From: Roseibacillus sp.
Lineage (GTDB): Bacteria; Verrucomicrobiota; Verrucomicrobiia; Verrucomicrobiales; Akkermansiaceae
Direction of reading: 5' to 3'
Length of the DNA stretch: 64,000 nucleotides
Assembly: GCA_965242925.1 (NCBI GenBank)
Contig: CBDEUM010000029.1
Coordinates: forward strand, 192,001 to 256,000
The translations under genes and the position numbers were made by a program. The notes under the pieces were generated by a model that saw only the letters and a program-made list of their open reading frames with translations, searched no databases and was not told where the DNA came from. Below, in pieces: positions 20,503-30,173 of the stretch (positions are counted from its first letter, which is position 1; each line of letters starts with the position of its first letter).

Positions 20503-21921
20503 ATGCCTGCGTTCCGCATTTTTTGGCTTGGCGGCCTGCTGATCAGCCCTCTGGCAGCAGAAAAAAGAGATCCGGACGGTTGGCAGGGGAGCGGGAACGT
20601 GGGTCTGACGCTGGCGACCGGAAACTCGGACTCTCTCCGTGCCACCGCGGGCCTGGATGTCACGCGGACGTTGGGCCCCTGGGAATCACTGGCCGCAGCC
20701 TCGGTCCTGTATGGAGAGGACGACGGGGTGAGCTCCAACGAGCGCTTGGAGGGCTCGCTTCAGCTCAATCGCAGATTCGGCAGGCGAGTCTACGCCGGTC
20801 TCACCAGTGAATTCCTCTACGATCCACTGGCCGGGATCGACTGGCGCTTCGCGGTCACGCCCCTTCTGGGGTGGCGGGCGGTCGATGAGGAGCGTCTCAA
20901 GCTCATTCTGGAAGCGGGACCCGGCTATACGTGGGAGGATCGTGATGCAGGGCCCCGTGGCTACAGTTCGGTTCGCCTGCATGAGCGCCTGAGCTTTCAG
21001 GTGACGGAAGAGGCTCGAATTTTCCAGTCCCTGACCGCCTTACTGGAGGCTGAAGACCCCGGCAACTTCATCCTCACCGCGGAGGCCGGAGTAGAATCGA
21101 AATTGGCAGGGAGGTGGTCGCTGCGGGTGGCGGGCAAGGCTGTTTACTATGGCGAGGCGCAGGGAAGCCGCGGCGAAGACCTGCTGGTGACTGCTGGTTT
21201 CGGATACAACCATTTCCCCGAATCCCATGAAGAGGGCTCCCCGGAGTCCACTCTCAGAGGGGTGGAGCTGGGAGAGGGCAGGTGGACCATCACCGCACTC
21301 CTTGGTGGAAGTTACTCCCGGGGCAACAGCGAGGCGCGCTCGATCAACACTGGCCTGAAGTTGAAGAGGGAAGGGGAGGGGGACGAATTCGCGGCAGGAT
21401 TCCTTGGGAGCTATGGTGAGCGGAAGGGGGAAATCAGCGCGGAAACACTGGCTGCCGATGCCCACTACCAGCGCGACTTGCGGAACAAGTGGTTCGCGGG
21501 ACTGCGTGGTGATTTTGATCATGATGCGCCTGCCGAAGTGGAATGGCGGATTGCCGGCACACCCTACGCCGGGTGGCGTTTGCTTGAGACTGAGCGCAGT
21601 AAGCTCACGATAGAAGGCGGCCCCTCCTTCGTGACCGAGCAGCAGGGCGGGAGAGAGAACATGTTTTCGGGCGCCTATGCCGGAGTGAAGGGTGAACACA
21701 AGTTGGTTGCGGGGACCCGTCTCTTCGTCGAACTGTCCTGGCTGGGCGAAACGGCCGACTGGAAGAGCTATCTCCTTACTTCTGAGGTGGGGATAGATCA
21801 TGCCCTCTCCGACAAGCTCAGCCTGCAGGTAATTGGGCGTAACACCTACGATAGCACCCCGGCCTCCGGCCGGGAGCGGCATGACTTCCAGGTTGTGAGC
21901 GCGCTGGGAGTGACTTTTTGA
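20503..21921 (+). CDS. Outer-membrane protein with two tandem DUF481 (YdiY-like) beta-barrel domains
   Basis: Signal peptide; two copies beginning W..S/A..G..(x)GNS, each with an E(A/G)GP(G/S) motif; C-terminal LGVTF beta-signal. Confidence 0.8.
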   Translation: MPAFRIFWLGGLLISPLAAEKRDPDGWQGSGNVGLTLATGNSDSLRATAGLDVTRTLGPWESLAAASVLYGEDDGVSSNERLEGSLQLNRRFGRRVYAGLTSEFLYDPLAGIDWRFAVTPLLGWRAVDEERLKLILEAGPGYTWEDRDAGPRGYSSVRLHERLSFQVTEEARIFQSLTALLEAEDPGNFILTAEAGVESKLAGRWSLRVAGKAVYYGEAQGSRGEDLLVTAGFGYNHFPESHEEGSPESTLRGVELGEGRWTITALLGGSYSRGNSEARSINTGLKLKREGEGDEFAAGFLGSYGERKGEISAETLAADAHYQRDLRNKWFAGLRGDFDHDAPAEVEWRIAGTPYAGWRLLETERSKLTIEGGPSFVTEQQGGRENMFSGAYAGVKGEHKLVAGTRLFVELSWLGETADWKSYLLTSEVGIDHALSDKLSLQVIGRNTYDSTPASGRERHDFQVVSALGVTF

Positions 21922-22560
21922 ACGGTCTGTTCTACGGTCCAAGGAGGCCTCAAAAGGAAGGAAAACCTGCAAAAAAGGTTTTCGGATGGCATGCCGGCGG
22001 AAGAAATGCAGCGGGCGGGGATCTTTTTTTGTGGCCGGTCCAGCGGGAGTGGGAACTGATTTTTTAAATTATTCCAGCGGTCCGCAGGGCCGGGGACTGG
22101 TCGGGTGCACTCTGGTTGGGGGGCTGCGAACGGTTGCGTCCCGGATCGGGGGGCTGATGGATGGGGGACCCCCGTGATTCGCTCGGAATGAGGCCTCGAA
22201 AGCTGCAGTATCCGGATAGCGGGGTGACCGGGAGGCCCCCTGTTGAGCCAATCTGCGGCACGATGATCTGTTAGAGGGAGCCCGGGTGCCGGTCATCACG
22301 TTTTGGGGGTAGTCGAGGCCGAAGAACGTCTGACCCGGTACCATTTCTGGAAGTTTCAGGGCCCCCGGACTGTTCTTCACATTGCCTCACATCGCTCATT
22401 TCCCGGGGGGGCATTGTTCCAGGAGTCCATGCCGGAAGGGGTCGACATAAAATATTATTCACGGAGGTCGTAGTGAAATGCTTGACGGAAACCTCGGAAA
22501 TTCATGGGTTTCTCACGCGAAGTTTCATTCGAACTCAAATCAATAATAGAACCAATAATC

Positions 22561-22875
22561 ATGTCCCAGAAAGCAGCAACTAAGACGGAGATCCTCAACA
22601 ATATAGCAGAAGCCACCGGCTTCAACCGCAAGCAAGTTGCCTCGGTGCTTGATGCGCTGAGTGGTGAGATCAACAAGGGAGTGAGCAGGGGCGGACCGGG
22701 ACAGTTTACTATCCCCGGGCTCTGCAAAATCGTTGTGCAGGATAAGCCAGCTACGGAGGCGGCTATCCGTCCGAATCCGTTCAAGCCGGGCGAAATGATG
22801 GAAGTTAAGGCCAAGGCGGCCCGCAGGGTCGTCAAGGTGCGCCCGCTCAAGAACCTGAAAGACATGGTCGCCTAG
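22561..22875 (+). CDS. HU/IHF-family nucleoid DNA-binding protein
   Basis: TKTEILNNIAEATG..RKQV..VL; FTIPGL; RPNPFKPGE..VKAKAARRVVKVRPLKNLKD. Confidence 0.92.
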   Translation: MSQKAATKTEILNNIAEATGFNRKQVASVLDALSGEINKGVSRGGPGQFTIPGLCKIVVQDKPATEAAIRPNPFKPGEMMEVKAKAARRVVKVRPLKNLKDMVA

Positions 22876-22902
22876 GCAGCGGTCAACAGACAAATCCTTC
22901 GT

Positions 22903-22939
22903 GGACCGCGCTCTTTCCAGGAGCGCGGTTCTCGTTTTT
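22903..22939 (+). terminator. Intrinsic terminator after the HU gene
   Basis: Stem GACCGCGCTC (22904-22913) / GAGCGCGGTT (22921-22930) followed by CTCGTTTTT. Confidence 0.75.
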
Positions 22940-23003
22940 GGGGATGATTGCAGGGGGCCGTTTCACTCTTGCCTCCCGGGTTTGATCCCCCAATCCTTGC
23001 GAG

Positions 23004-23375
23004 ATGGCCGATCACAGCAGCATCGTCAGTATCCACCCCTATTTCAAGATCCACGAGGGCAAGTTGGATGAGGTGAAGGACCTCCTGCCTGAGTTTGTCG
23101 CCAAGGTGGAAAACGAGGAGGCTGCCCTCTACTATAATTTCACGCTGAACGGAGATGAACTGTTCTGCCGTGAAGGCTACGTGGGAGCCGCCGGAGCTCT
23201 CGCTCATGTCGAGAACGTGGGACCGGAACTGGATCGGCTCTTCAGCCTGGCCGAGATGATCCGCATTGAAATACACGGTCCCGCCGAAGAACTCGAGAAT
23301 CTCAGGGAGCCCTTCGCGGCCCTCAACCCGACCTGGTGGAATTACCAGTGCGGACTCACCGACCAGGGGGAGTAA
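23004..23375 (+). CDS. Dimeric alpha+beta barrel protein (antibiotic-biosynthesis-monooxygenase-like)
   Basis: IHPYFKI..GKLDE; E...LYYNF; CREGY..A.GALAHVEN; IEIHGP. Fold call by recall. Confidence 0.7.
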   Translation: MADHSSIVSIHPYFKIHEGKLDEVKDLLPEFVAKVENEEAALYYNFTLNGDELFCREGYVGAAGALAHVENVGPELDRLFSLAEMIRIEIHGPAEELENLREPFAALNPTWWNYQCGLTDQGE

Positions 23376-23417
23376 CGCTATCCCCGGAAATGCGGGCCAG
23401 GAAACAGGATCGTTGAG

Positions 23418-24194
23418 ATGAACGTTGTCGCCCTGCAGTTCGATATCGCCTGGGAGAACCGGAAGGCCAATTTCGATACGGTCCGGCGTCTTCTCACCAA
23501 GTCCGCTGTTTCTCCGGGGTCGCTCATCGTGCTTCCTGAGATGTTTTCCACTGGCTTCAGCATGGATGTTTCCAAGTTGGCGGAAGGGAAGAGGAGCGAG
23601 ACCGAGAAATTCCTCTCGTCCTTGGCCTGGCAGTATGAAAGCCACGTCATCGGAGGCCTCGTGAGCAAAGACCCCTCTTCAGCGATGGGTCGCAACGAGC
23701 TGGCAGTCTACGATCCCTCCGGGCGCCCGGTGGCTCTCTACCAGAAGAATCATACCTTCTCCTACACGGATGAATCGAGGCATTATCTCCCGGGGGATGG
23801 ACTGGCCATGTTCCGCTGGCACGACTTTACGGTCTGTCCGGTGATCTGTTACGATCTCCGCTTTCCGGAGCTCTTTCGCAAGGGCGTGCGCAACGGAGCC
23901 GATCTCTTCACGGTCAGTGCGAACTGGCCGGTCGCACGGTTCCGGCACTGGAAGACCCTGCTGGATGCACGGGCGATTGAAAACCTCGCCTACGTGGTGG
24001 GCGTTAACCGGGTGGGGAGCGATCCCCGCTTCCGCTATCCCGGGGGGTCGCGCATCGTGGACCACCACGGGAGCCTTCTGGCGGAAGCTGGTGACTCCGA
24101 GGGGGTGCTCTCCTGCGAGCTGGATCACGCCGATCTGGTTGCCTGGCGACGGGAATTCCCTGCCCTCGATGACATCAAGGACCAGGCGCCATAA
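23418..24194 (+). CDS. Carbon-nitrogen hydrolase (nitrilase superfamily, omega-amidase-like)
   Basis: VLPEMF (Glu), YQKNH (Lys), ICYDLRFPE (Cys); ARAIEN. Confidence 0.92.
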   Translation: MNVVALQFDIAWENRKANFDTVRRLLTKSAVSPGSLIVLPEMFSTGFSMDVSKLAEGKRSETEKFLSSLAWQYESHVIGGLVSKDPSSAMGRNELAVYDPSGRPVALYQKNHTFSYTDESRHYLPGDGLAMFRWHDFTVCPVICYDLRFPELFRKGVRNGADLFTVSANWPVARFRHWKTLLDARAIENLAYVVGVNRVGSDPRFRYPGGSRIVDHHGSLLAEAGDSEGVLSCELDHADLVAWRREFPALDDIKDQAP

Positions 24195-24249
24195 TCCCAT
24201 GAGATAGTTGTCGCGAAGGCAGGCGCCGCGGGCCTGATTCCGCAATCCG

Positions 24250-24906
24250 CTATTTCCAGTCGTCGCCTATCCTCTTGCGGTAAGCCGCGATGTCCTTGTT
24301 TCCGTAGTAAGCAATCAGAATGGCGCCATCGGCGGCCACGGTTTCGAAGAGGTCGTGCATGAGCTCCTGTTCCCCGGGCCACGGGTAGACGTAGAAGACG
24401 TCGATCTCGTCCACCTCACAATCCATCCCCTCGTAGGGGGGGACGGTTGTGGCGGCTTCCTCCCAGCGCGAATCGGGTTCAGGGACCATCAACTCCGCTC
24501 CTCCCTGGGCGGGGTAGGATTCGTAGCCCTCGGGGAAATAGCTCGTGCAGAGGTTTTCGACCGTGATCCCGTGATCGCCGGCCAGTTGCCTCGCGAGCGC
24601 GACAAGGTCTTCTTCGATCTCCAGTCCGTAAGCCCGGTAGCCGAGGAGGGAGGCCAGGCAGGCACCCACGCCGAAGCCACTGCCCCACTCGCAGAACGTC
24701 CGTCCGGCGGGGAGATCCTCCTCGGTGAGAAACCTCAGGACATGGTAGAGGAGAACAGGATCGCTGGGGAGGAAGCGGGGGACCCTGCGGTTGCGGTTGG
24801 TGTCGAAGAGATGATCGAGGCGGTGCTCCGCATCCTCGATGAGGGAGGAAACCCGGGGAGGGAGTTCGGATTCGTCGATTACCAGGACGATCTCTTCCAA
24901 GGCCAT
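24250..24906 (-). CDS. Class I SAM-dependent methyltransferase-like protein
   Basis: FCEWGSGFG motif I, GLEIEE and DVFYVYPWP. Start at ATG 24906 avoids overlap with rnhA. Confidence 0.78.
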   Translation of the reverse strand: MALEEIVLVIDESELPPRVSSLIEDAEHRLDHLFDTNRNRRVPRFLPSDPVLLYHVLRFLTEEDLPAGRTFCEWGSGFGVGACLASLLGYRAYGLEIEEDLVALARQLAGDHGITVENLCTSYFPEGYESYPAQGGAELMVPEPDSRWEEAATTVPPYEGMDCEVDEIDVFYVYPWPGEQELMHDLFETVAADGAILIAYYGNKDIAAYRKRIGDDWK

Positions 24907-24996
24907 CCCCTGCAGTGTGCGTGCCTGCCATTCCCTTGTCGATGCATGGGACCAAATTCCTCGACTCTGCAAAGGATCCGGCGGACATTCGCATCC

Positions 24997-25500
24997 TTGA
25001 AGGAGGTGGAGATTTTTACCGACGGTGCCTGCCGTGGGAATCCGGGACCTGGCGGCTACGGGGTCGTTCTCAAGTCCGGGACACATCGCAGGGAACTGAG
25101 CGGGGGATTCGCCCGCACCACCAACAACCGCATGGAATTACTTGCCGCTATCGCAGGACTTGAAGAATTGAAACAGCCCTGCCGGGTGACGGTCTCGTCG
25201 GATTCAAGATACCTCGTCAATTCCATGACTCGCGGCTGGTTGCAAAAATGGAAGGGCCTCGGCTGGCGACGGGGGCCTGGCCAGCGGCTCCGCAACGAGG
25301 ATCTCTGGAAGCGTCTCGATGCGGTATGCGGGGGGCACGAACTTCACTGGGAGTGGGTCAAGGGCCACGCCGGTCATGCCGAGAACGAGTGCTGCGACGC
25401 CCTTGCCGTGGAAGCGGCGGAAGACAAGGGACTTCCCGCTGATGAAGGCTACCTGGATGAGGAGCAACTTGCAGGAGAAGAACCCGGCCTCTTTGACTGA
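24997..25500 (+). CDS. rnhA: Ribonuclease HI
   Basis: IFTDGACRGNPGPGG, TTNNRMEL, SDSRY, WVKGHAGHAENECCDALA. TTG 24997 chosen as start; ATG 24946 is possible. Confidence 0.95.
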   Translation: MKEVEIFTDGACRGNPGPGGYGVVLKSGTHRRELSGGFARTTNNRMELLAAIAGLEELKQPCRVTVSSDSRYLVNSMTRGWLQKWKGLGWRRGPGQRLRNEDLWKRLDAVCGGHELHWEWVKGHAGHAENECCDALAVEAAEDKGLPADEGYLDEEQLAGEEPGLFD

Positions 25501-25572
25501 GAGCAGGGTCTCCCTCCGGGCGAACCACGGGCGTGCGGGGCCGGAGCGGGCTCATCCTCCGAAGAAGGTATT

Positions 25573-25983
25573 TCACTTCTCGAGAAAGGAGGCCAGCTTC
25601 TCCGGCTCGGGGTTGCCGAGCCAGAGCACCGCGTCATCCCGGGTGATGATCTCCAGAGCTCTTCCTTGAAAGCAAACCCAGATCTTGTGTCTCCGCTTCC
25701 TCAGGGGAACATCGATCACCTCAATGCTTTTGATCTCAGAGAGGGGAATCGTTTTCTTCAGGATGCCGATTCCCAGCTGAGCCTCGAGTTTTTCCCCGGT
25801 GACCCGGACCGTCAGCGGGTTCCAGAAACAGGGAATCAGAATCGCCCACGGGGCTACCCAGATGATGTGAAACCAGGCTCCGCTGACAGCCAACAGGCAG
25901 GACAGGCATACCAGTAACACCGTACTAAAGGACAGCCACCAGGACTTATCGGTTCTGCGATAGACGTCGTCGGTCGAATCCAT
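25573..25983 (-). CDS. Hypothetical membrane protein (2 TM plus small beta domain)
   Basis: From ATG 25983: two hydrophobic segments, then LTVRVTGEKLEAQLGIG..KKTIPLSEIKSIE, resembling bacterial PH-like domains. Confidence 0.65.
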   Translation of the reverse strand: MDSTDDVYRRTDKSWWLSFSTVLLVCLSCLLAVSGAWFHIIWVAPWAILIPCFWNPLTVRVTGEKLEAQLGIGILKKTIPLSEIKSIEVIDVPLRKRRHKIWVCFQGRALEIITRDDAVLWLGNPEPEKLASFLEK

Positions 25984-26069
25984 GGAATCAACTTTACGAG
26001 GAAACCACTGATTGCCCAAGGGAGATCTCGGGCCTCGCCTTCCTGCCCTGGCAGCTTCCCGGGGTGCGG

Positions 26070-29000
26070 TTACTTGCCAGCTTTCGCTTGCGGCTTGCCA
26101 GGAGCAGGTTTTGAGCTGTCCTTCTTCTTGAGCTCTTCCTTTTCCTTTTCGCGCTCCAGGAACGACTTGCCCTCGGTGATCCACTTCCTGCCGGTTTCGT
26201 CCTTGAGGAAGTGTGCCATCCACTCCCTGACGCGGTAATGGTAATCGACCATGTTTTCCTCCTTACGCAGGCCGTGATTCTCACCGGGATATACGAGGAG
26301 GACGACATCGTCCTTCCCGGCCCAGCGGGCGGCATTGTACATCTCAATGCCCTGGTCCCAGTCAACGGCACCATCCTTGTCCCCGAAGGCGATGAGGAGG
26401 GGCGTGTTGAGGGTGTCCAGTCCATGAATGGGGGAATTGCGTGCGTAATTCTCGGCATCCCGCCAGAAGGGCTTGTTCATGCGCCCCTGCGATTGCGCGA
26501 AGATGCGGGCATTGGTGCCACCGGAATTCCAGTAGACGCTCACCGACATGCTCATCAGGTCGGTGAGGGGTGCCCCGGCTACCGCGGCCGAGAAGAGGTC
26601 GGTCCGGGTCACGATGAAGGAGGTCTGGTAGGCGCCCCAGGAATGGCCCATCAGGCCCACCCGCCGGGGATCCACCATCCCCGTTTCGAGTACTTTTTCG
26701 ACTGCCGGAACCACGCAGTCCACTGCTGAGAGGCCCGGTTCCTGCGGGCGATAGACGATGTCGGGTTGGAACACGAAATAGCCCTCCGCCGAGAAGACGC
26801 AGGGGTTGTAGGGGTGCTTCTCGCCGGGGATGTAGTAGCGGTGCAGGTCCTGCGAACGTTTTTCGTAGATGTAGACGATCATGGGGTACTTCTTCCCCCG
26901 TTTGTAGCCGGCGGGGTAGGTGAGTACGCCCTGCAGGGGGACGCCGTGCCTGTTCTTGAAGTCGACCAGCTTGGAGCGTCCCCAGCGGTAGTTTTTCTGG
27001 AACTCGTTGGTGCGGGTGATCTGTCGTGGCGCCTTCAGTCCGGGTCCGGAAAGGAAAAGATCGCGGGATCGATCGGTTCGTTCCCGGGTGAAGGTGAAGA
27101 CCTCGGCATCCCGGGCGCGCTCAAGGTAGAGGAGGAGGGCATCCTCAAGGAGGTGAGTTTTCCAATCAATGGCGGGATGGTTTCTGTCCCCGAGGGTGAG
27201 GGTGCCGTATCCGGATTTCTTGGTGTGTTCGGCGGAGAGACCGATGTAGAGGCGATCCCCCGGGGCGATGGCCCCGTCATTATCCTTGCGGAAACTGGCC
27301 TGGGACAGGCGATGCCGGATCTTCCCTTTCCGACCGTCAGTCAGTTTGCGGGCGCGTTCTCCTCGGGGGTCGAGGAGCCAGATGTCGTAGCGGTCGTAGA
27401 GAAGGACGGCAGAACTGTCAGTGAGCCACACGCCATTGCCGAAGGGGCGCTTCTCGACCGCCAGGGTGTCATCTTTCTGGTCGGTAAAGGAGGGTTTCAG
27501 ACTGGAGGTGAGGTTGCGCTGCTTTCCGTTCTTGAGGTCGTGGCTCCAGACCTGTCCCTCGCGCAGGAAGAGAAAGAACCGTCCATCGGGGCTGGTGGAG
27601 AGGGTGAACTTGACTCCTTCCAGGATGCGGTTGCGTTTTCCGTTGGCGGTGTTGATGACGTAGACGTCATGGAGGCTGGGTCCGAACATGGCGGAGCGCT
27701 CGTGGGGTGATGAGTCCAGCCCGATGGCCCGGCGTCCGTCCCTGGTGATGGTGACCCGCTCGGTCAATTCGCTCTCAAGCTGAACCAGTTTTTCCTCGGC
27801 GATCCACCAGACCGCCTTGCGTGCGGGGTTCTTGCGTTTCGTGGCCTCCTTCTTCTGTCGTGGCATGATAGTGGCGTCCCGGGAGTGCCAGACTTCCACG
27901 TTGGAGGGGGTGGTGAGGGTCTCGCGGAGGGACTTCGCCGGGGCTGCGGGCTTTTCCTTGGGCTTTTCAGGATCCGCTTTGGGCGCATCCTTGGCGGGTT
28001 GCTCTTTCCGGGTGGAGTTTTCTGCCGGGGCACTCTCCTCCTTTCTGGTCTTCTGCTTTTTCTTTTTCCGGTTCTTTTCTTTTTTCCCGGCCGGTTTCCG
28101 GGAGGCGGGGAAGTCCTTGGGCTTGTTCTCCCATTTCCTGAGGGTGCAGTGGAGCGCCTCCCCATCCTGCGCCCAGCTCAGGTTGGAAGTGAGGTAGTGA
28201 TCGGGGGGAAAGGAGGAGTCCTTGCGGTGGTCGTAGACGGACCGCCCGCTGGCAGGGTTGGCCGGTTTGTCGAGATCGCGGAAGGAGAGGAGAGTGTGGG
28301 AGATGTCCTCCTTATCCCCGAACTTCATCTGCCGGGCTGCGGCAAGGTCAAAGGAGTCCTTGCGCCAGAGCAAGCCGACATAGTCCTGATCGCTGCTTTC
28401 CAGGGTCCTGAGGGTTTCCTTCTCCGGATCGAAGAGCTGAAGCGAATTACTGATACTGGGGGAATCGACGACCAGGGCGAGAAAAGCGCCCTGTCGGCTC
28501 CACGCGAATTTGGTGACATTCCCGAAGGTAGTGTCTTTCCCTGACGCGAGATTACGAACGAGCAGGGCCCGCGCGGGAGGTGAGGGTGGTACGCCCGGAC
28601 GGGCAGGAGCGGGTTTGCCAATGACTTCGATAGCCGCGAAGCGGCTGTTGTGGCTGAAGGTGAGGGAACTCACATTCTTGAATTCCGAGGTCTTCCCATC
28701 ACTCAGGGAGCGAAGATGGATGGTAGCGCCAGGGGAGGCAGGCTTCTTGGATTCCTTGTCTTTTTTCTTCTCCTCCGGACTTTTTCCCATTGTTACCGCC
28801 AGCCAATGGCTGTTGTTGGAGAAGACAGGACGTTCGCCCTGGACGAACACCTCCTGCTCCTTGCTTTTTCCTCCCTTGATGCGGTGGAGATGGAGCGAGC
28901 TCTTTTCATCCACTCTCCTGATGTCGAACACAAGCCACTGACCGTCATGGGATACCTTGCGGTTCCCCATGCTCAACTGTTCCCACTGGGCGTAGTCAGG

Positions 29001-29228
29001 AGGGGTGATGGGTTTTTTGAGAGGGCGTTTTTTCCTGCCGCCTTGCCTGCCTTCAGCCGGCTTGGGTTTTGATGCGGTGTTTTTCTCTGTCTTTGCCGGA
29101 ACAGGTTCTTCGGCAGGCTGTTCAGCAGAGGACTCACCGTTGCGGTCAGCAGCGCCCCTTGCCGGGGTGGGCGGGGCAAGAACGGCAGCGAGAGTGAAAA
29201 GGAGGACGAGGGTGTAGGGGTGCTGCAT
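26070..29228 (-). CDS. Exported S9 family prolyl oligopeptidase / dipeptidyl aminopeptidase
   Basis: Signal peptide; beta-propeller; GHSWG nucleophile, GDKDGAV (Asp), GENHG (His). Confidence 0.92.
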   Translation of the reverse strand: MQHPYTLVLLFTLAAVLAPPTPARGAADRNGESSAEQPAEEPVPAKTEKNTASKPKPAEGRQGGRKKRPLKKPITPPDYAQWEQLSMGNRKVSHDGQWLVFDIRRVDEKSSLHLHRIKGGKSKEQEVFVQGERPVFSNNSHWLAVTMGKSPEEKKKDKESKKPASPGATIHLRSLSDGKTSEFKNVSSLTFSHNSRFAAIEVIGKPAPARPGVPPSPPARALLVRNLASGKDTTFGNVTKFAWSRQGAFLALVVDSPSISNSLQLFDPEKETLRTLESSDQDYVGLLWRKDSFDLAAARQMKFGDKEDISHTLLSFRDLDKPANPASGRSVYDHRKDSSFPPDHYLTSNLSWAQDGEALHCTLRKWENKPKDFPASRKPAGKKEKNRKKKKQKTRKEESAPAENSTRKEQPAKDAPKADPEKPKEKPAAPAKSLRETLTTPSNVEVWHSRDATIMPRQKKEATKRKNPARKAVWWIAEEKLVQLESELTERVTITRDGRRAIGLDSSPHERSAMFGPSLHDVYVINTANGKRNRILEGVKFTLSTSPDGRFFLFLREGQVWSHDLKNGKQRNLTSSLKPSFTDQKDDTLAVEKRPFGNGVWLTDSSAVLLYDRYDIWLLDPRGERARKLTDGRKGKIRHRLSQASFRKDNDGAIAPGDRLYIGLSAEHTKKSGYGTLTLGDRNHPAIDWKTHLLEDALLLYLERARDAEVFTFTRERTDRSRDLFLSGPGLKAPRQITRTNEFQKNYRWGRSKLVDFKNRHGVPLQGVLTYPAGYKRGKKYPMIVYIYEKRSQDLHRYYIPGEKHPYNPCVFSAEGYFVFQPDIVYRPQEPGLSAVDCVVPAVEKVLETGMVDPRRVGLMGHSWGAYQTSFIVTRTDLFSAAVAGAPLTDLMSMSVSVYWNSGGTNARIFAQSQGRMNKPFWRDAENYARNSPIHGLDTLNTPLLIAFGDKDGAVDWDQGIEMYNAARWAGKDDVVLLVYPGENHGLRKEENMVDYHYRVREWMAHFLKDETGRKWITEGKSFLEREKEKEELKKKDSSKPAPGKPQAKAGK

Positions 29229-29391
29229 GATGCAGAATGTAAGGGGACGGCGGACTTACTCCGGATGATGCTCTGTTAGAAGCTTCCATTTCAGGAAATT
29301 CTGTCCGGGTGGCAAATAGAGCTGATCCCAGTGGAGGAATGCGGGAATAGGCCTCGACCTTCGCTGCGCATTGAAGGACGGTTCCACTGTG

Positions 29392-30081
29392 ATGGCTGAG
29401 GATTCTCCGAAATCGCATTCTGACTCTGAAGAACAGCCCGGGACGTTGCCTCCTCCGGACGTGGCGAAGACCGTAGGGCCCTCTTCTTCGGCAGGGAGCG
29501 GGAGCGGACCGGATGCTCCGCTCAAGGTGTCGGTGGATCCAGGTTCAAGTGCGGACGATCCTGATCTCCCGGTGTCTGCCCATGCGAACCGGCAGGTGCC
29601 AGGGGCGGATTCCACCCTGGGGAACCGTCTGCTGGCAACCCTGATTGACGGAATCGTTGCCGCAGGGTTGGCGTGGGCCGTGCAGTTGCTCAGCATCCTC
29701 CCTTTTATCGAGATCGGGAGCCAACTTTCCTGGGTGGTGGGTGCGGGCTACATCATCTTTCGTGATTCGCTTTCCTTTCTCCAGGGGCAGAGCGTGGGCA
29801 AGAGAGCAATGAAACTTCAGGCTGTCACCATGGAGGGAGTCAGTCTGGAGGGGAACTGGCGCCCGGGACTGGTCCGCAATGCCATCCTGGTCATTCCTCT
29901 CTTTCCCCTCGTGGAATTATTCGTGCTTCTTACCCGTCAGGATTATCCCAGACCCCTTCTGCGGCTTGGGGACGAGTGGGCCAACACCAAGGTGATCAAT
30001 GCCGGGCTGGATATTCTCAAATCGACGAACCCTGCCGCCCCGGCCGGGGATGCGGGGAAAGAGCGGGCGGAGCCGAACTGA
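29392..30081 (+). CDS. RDD family membrane protein with disordered N-terminus
   Basis: RLLATLID, GQSVGKRAMKL and RLGDEWANTKV motifs. Confidence 0.85.
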   Translation: MAEDSPKSHSDSEEQPGTLPPPDVAKTVGPSSSAGSGSGPDAPLKVSVDPGSSADDPDLPVSAHANRQVPGADSTLGNRLLATLIDGIVAAGLAWAVQLLSILPFIEIGSQLSWVVGAGYIIFRDSLSFLQGQSVGKRAMKLQAVTMEGVSLEGNWRPGLVRNAILVIPLFPLVELFVLLTRQDYPRPLLRLGDEWANTKVINAGLDILKSTNPAAPAGDAGKERAEPN

Positions 30082-30173
30082 CAGGACTGGTCAGCAGGTC
30101 GATCCGGCAGTGCTCGGGCATCCTCCCTGCGAGGCATCTTGACAGGACTGCGTATTTGAGGGACGAGGGAGGA

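Noticed and set aside
22069..22380. 103-aa minus-strand ORF in the long intergenic region
   Set aside because: Pro/Arg/Ser-rich, no motif, no clear initiation signal.
24355..24996. Apparent 214-aa N-terminal extension on RNase HI (381-aa ORF)
   Set aside because: It is the antisense of the methyltransferase gene; RNase H homology begins at ~24997.
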